Notes under the pieces: generated by a model
What the model saw: the letters and a program-made list of their open reading frames with translations, nothing else
Databases searched by the model: none
Told to the model about the DNA's origin: nothing
Position numbers and translations under genes: made by a program
Part shown: positions 44,892 through 46,288 of the stretch, piece after piece
How the letters are laid out: each line of letters opens with the position of its first letter
Numbering within the stretch: position 1 is the stretch's first letter
NCBI GenBank assembly: GCA_038527085.1
Contig: JBCBGD010000001.1
Coordinates: 240-46,527, forward strand
Source of the DNA: Pseudomonadota bacterium
GTDB taxonomy: Bacteria; Pseudomonadota; Alphaproteobacteria; Caulobacterales; Hyphomonadaceae
DNA length: 46,288 nucleotides
Reading direction: 5' to 3'

Positions 44892-45617
44892 ATGCTGCGC
44901 GAAGCCGCGACAATCCACTTGGATCACGATCCGCACTTCTCCTGGCGGGGCCAATCGGTCACGCGGATCGAGAACCTGTCGGACATCGTGTTCGCCTTGG
45001 CGCTGGGGATGCTGGTCTCCTCATCGGCAGCGCCAGAGACGTTTTCCGACCTGCAGAGATTTCTCTTCTCCATCATCCCGGTTACGGCGGGCTTTGGAAT
45101 GCTGCTCATGATCTGGAACAGCCATTTCGTCTTCTTCCGCCGCTTTGGCCTCGCCGACGGAAAGATCGTCTTTCTGAATTCCTGCTTGCTCTTCGCCGTC
45201 CTCTACATCGCCTATCCGCTGCGCTTTGCGTTCGACGGTTTCTTCGGCTTTGTCCTGATGATGATGGGAGATTCCACCTATGTGGTCGCGCTTCAGGTTG
45301 GTTATGACGAATCCGGCGTGATCATGGCATATTTCTCCGCCGGGTATGCGGTCTTCAACGCCTTGCTCAGCGCAATGTACGCCCACGCCCTGTCGAAGGC
45401 TGACGCGCTCGAATTGTCAGAACTGGAGAAAATCCTGACGCGGCAACGCATGTTCACGTTTGGATTCACCGGCGTGTTGGCGATCGCGATTGGGGCCGTG
45501 GCCTGGCTGACGCCTCTGAATGGGTTTGCGGGGTTCTTCTACATAATGATGGGCATTGGAGCCTGGCTGATCTCAAACCGCATCAAACTCCCGAAATCTG
45601 CTAGGCAGCCGTCATAG
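44892..45617 (+). CDS. TMEM175/DUF1211 family membrane protein (putative K+ channel family)
   Basis: RIENLSDIVFALALGMLV resembles the RxExFSDGVFAIAITLLV signature helix. About six TM helices are predicted. Confidence 0.55.
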   Translation: MLREAATIHLDHDPHFSWRGQSVTRIENLSDIVFALALGMLVSSSAAPETFSDLQRFLFSIIPVTAGFGMLLMIWNSHFVFFRRFGLADGKIVFLNSCLLFAVLYIAYPLRFAFDGFFGFVLMMMGDSTYVVALQVGYDESGVIMAYFSAGYAVFNALLSAMYAHALSKADALELSELEKILTRQRMFTFGFTGVLAIAIGAVAWLTPLNGFAGFFYIMMGIGAWLISNRIKLPKSARQPS

Positions 45618-45662
45618 CTTGCCGCGCTTCCGGAAACGGACCAATCGTCCTACATACACGCC

Positions 45663-46288
45663 ATGATTTATGCTGACTACAACGCGACAGCGCCCCTGCG
45701 ACCAGAGGCGCGGGAAGCCATGCAGGCAGCTTTCGAGCTTGGCGCAAACCCCTCCAGCGTTCACGGGCCTGGCCGGGCGGCGCGCAAGTGTATCGAGACC
45801 GCCCGGGGCCAAATCGGCGCAGCCATCGGCGCGCGCGCAGAGGATGTCGTGTTCACAAGCGGCGGGACGGAAGCGAACGCTTTGGCGCTGCACGGAGCGG
45901 TCGCCGCACTGAAGGTTGATGCAACACTGATTGTTTCTGCCATCGAGCATGAGGCCGTTACGCAGAATGCGGGGCTGGCCGGCGTGCCTGTAGAAACGGC
46001 CTACGTGCTCCCTGACGGGCGCGTGGATCTCGATCGCCTGGGCGAACAGCTCGAAAATTGGGACCATGACAAGAAGGGCACGCCGATCCTCGCCCTCATG
46101 CTCGCCAACAACGAAACCGGCGTGATCCAACCTGTTGCGGAGGCGGCGGCTCTGGTGCGCGAAGCGGGCGGGCTGACCCATTGCGATGCAGTGCAGGGGC
46201 TCGGAAAGATCCCGGTTAACGCGGCCCTTCTTGGCGTCGACTACCTGGCCTTGTCAGCCCACAAGGTCGGCGGGCCCCAAGGCGTGGG
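45663..46288 (+). CDS. cysteine desulfurase (class V aminotransferase), 5' part, runs off the window
   Basis: Hand translation from ATG 45663 gives [20 protein letters not shown]...[14 protein letters not shown]...[11 protein letters not shown]...[16 protein letters not shown], which includes the PLP-lysine motif SAHK. It is absent from the ORF track because there is no stop codon in the window. The 189-aa minus-strand ORF here is a shadow. Confidence 0.85.
   Translation, partial: MIYADYNATAPLRPEAREAMQAAFELGANPSSVHGPGRAARKCIETARGQIGAAIGARAEDVVFTSGGTEANALALHGAVAALKVDATLIVSAIEHEAVTQNAGLAGVPVETAYVLPDGRVDLDRLGEQLENWDHDKKGTPILALMLANNETGVIQPVAEAAALVREAGGLTHCDAVQGLGKIPVNAALLGVDYLALSAHKVGGPQGV

Noticed and set aside
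1-46288. A scan for tRNA/rRNA genes, CRISPR arrays, IS or transposase, integrase and phage genes, toxin-antitoxin pairs and known defence-system gene sets.
   Set aside because: I found no T-loop/acceptor-like tRNA signatures in intergenic regions, no regularly spaced direct repeats, and no ORF with transposase, integrase, nuclease or defence motifs. GC content is uniform apart from three short AT-rich promoter regions.

Overview
This window is a chromosomal, mostly housekeeping segment of a high-GC alphaproteobacterium. The lineage call rests on MipZ, a ChvG-type kinase with PTS-Ntr genes, MucR/Ros, ALA synthase HemA, ClpS-ClpA, ScpAB-TatABC and a RibBX-type riboflavin cluster. A Caulobacterales/Hyphomonadaceae-like origin is only a guess. 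I support about 55 CDS, plus four intrinsic terminators and three regulatory or structured regions. I saw no rRNA, tRNA, CRISPR array, transposase, integrase or prophage signature. Gene packing is very tight: glyA-nrdR-ribD-ribE-ribBX-ribH-nusB form a start/stop-overlapping string, and several convergent gene pairs abut or overlap.

The best candidate for something undescribed is at 37.7-44.1 kb. A two-gene secreted operon there encodes a 140-aa four-Cys protein and a 1005-aa mosaic envelope protein. It is divergently transcribed, across a ~400-bp AT-rich region, from a membrane-bound PAS-GGDEF-EAL protein.

Other items worth a second look:
- A 26-aa ORF whose Shine-Dalgarno region complements 13 nt of the 16S rRNA 3' end; a strong terminator lies about 55 nt past its stop.
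- An acidic protein upstream of mipZ that carries a duplicated DDFLF motif.
- A ChvG/PTS-Ntr cluster with neither chvI nor hprK, carrying an AbgT transporter in the hprK position.
- A degenerate EAL-like protein next to a DUF2336-like protein.
- A reductase-only RibD.
- erpA and dgt start codons that overlap on a CATG palindrome.

All family calls come from reading motifs by eye; no database search was possible.
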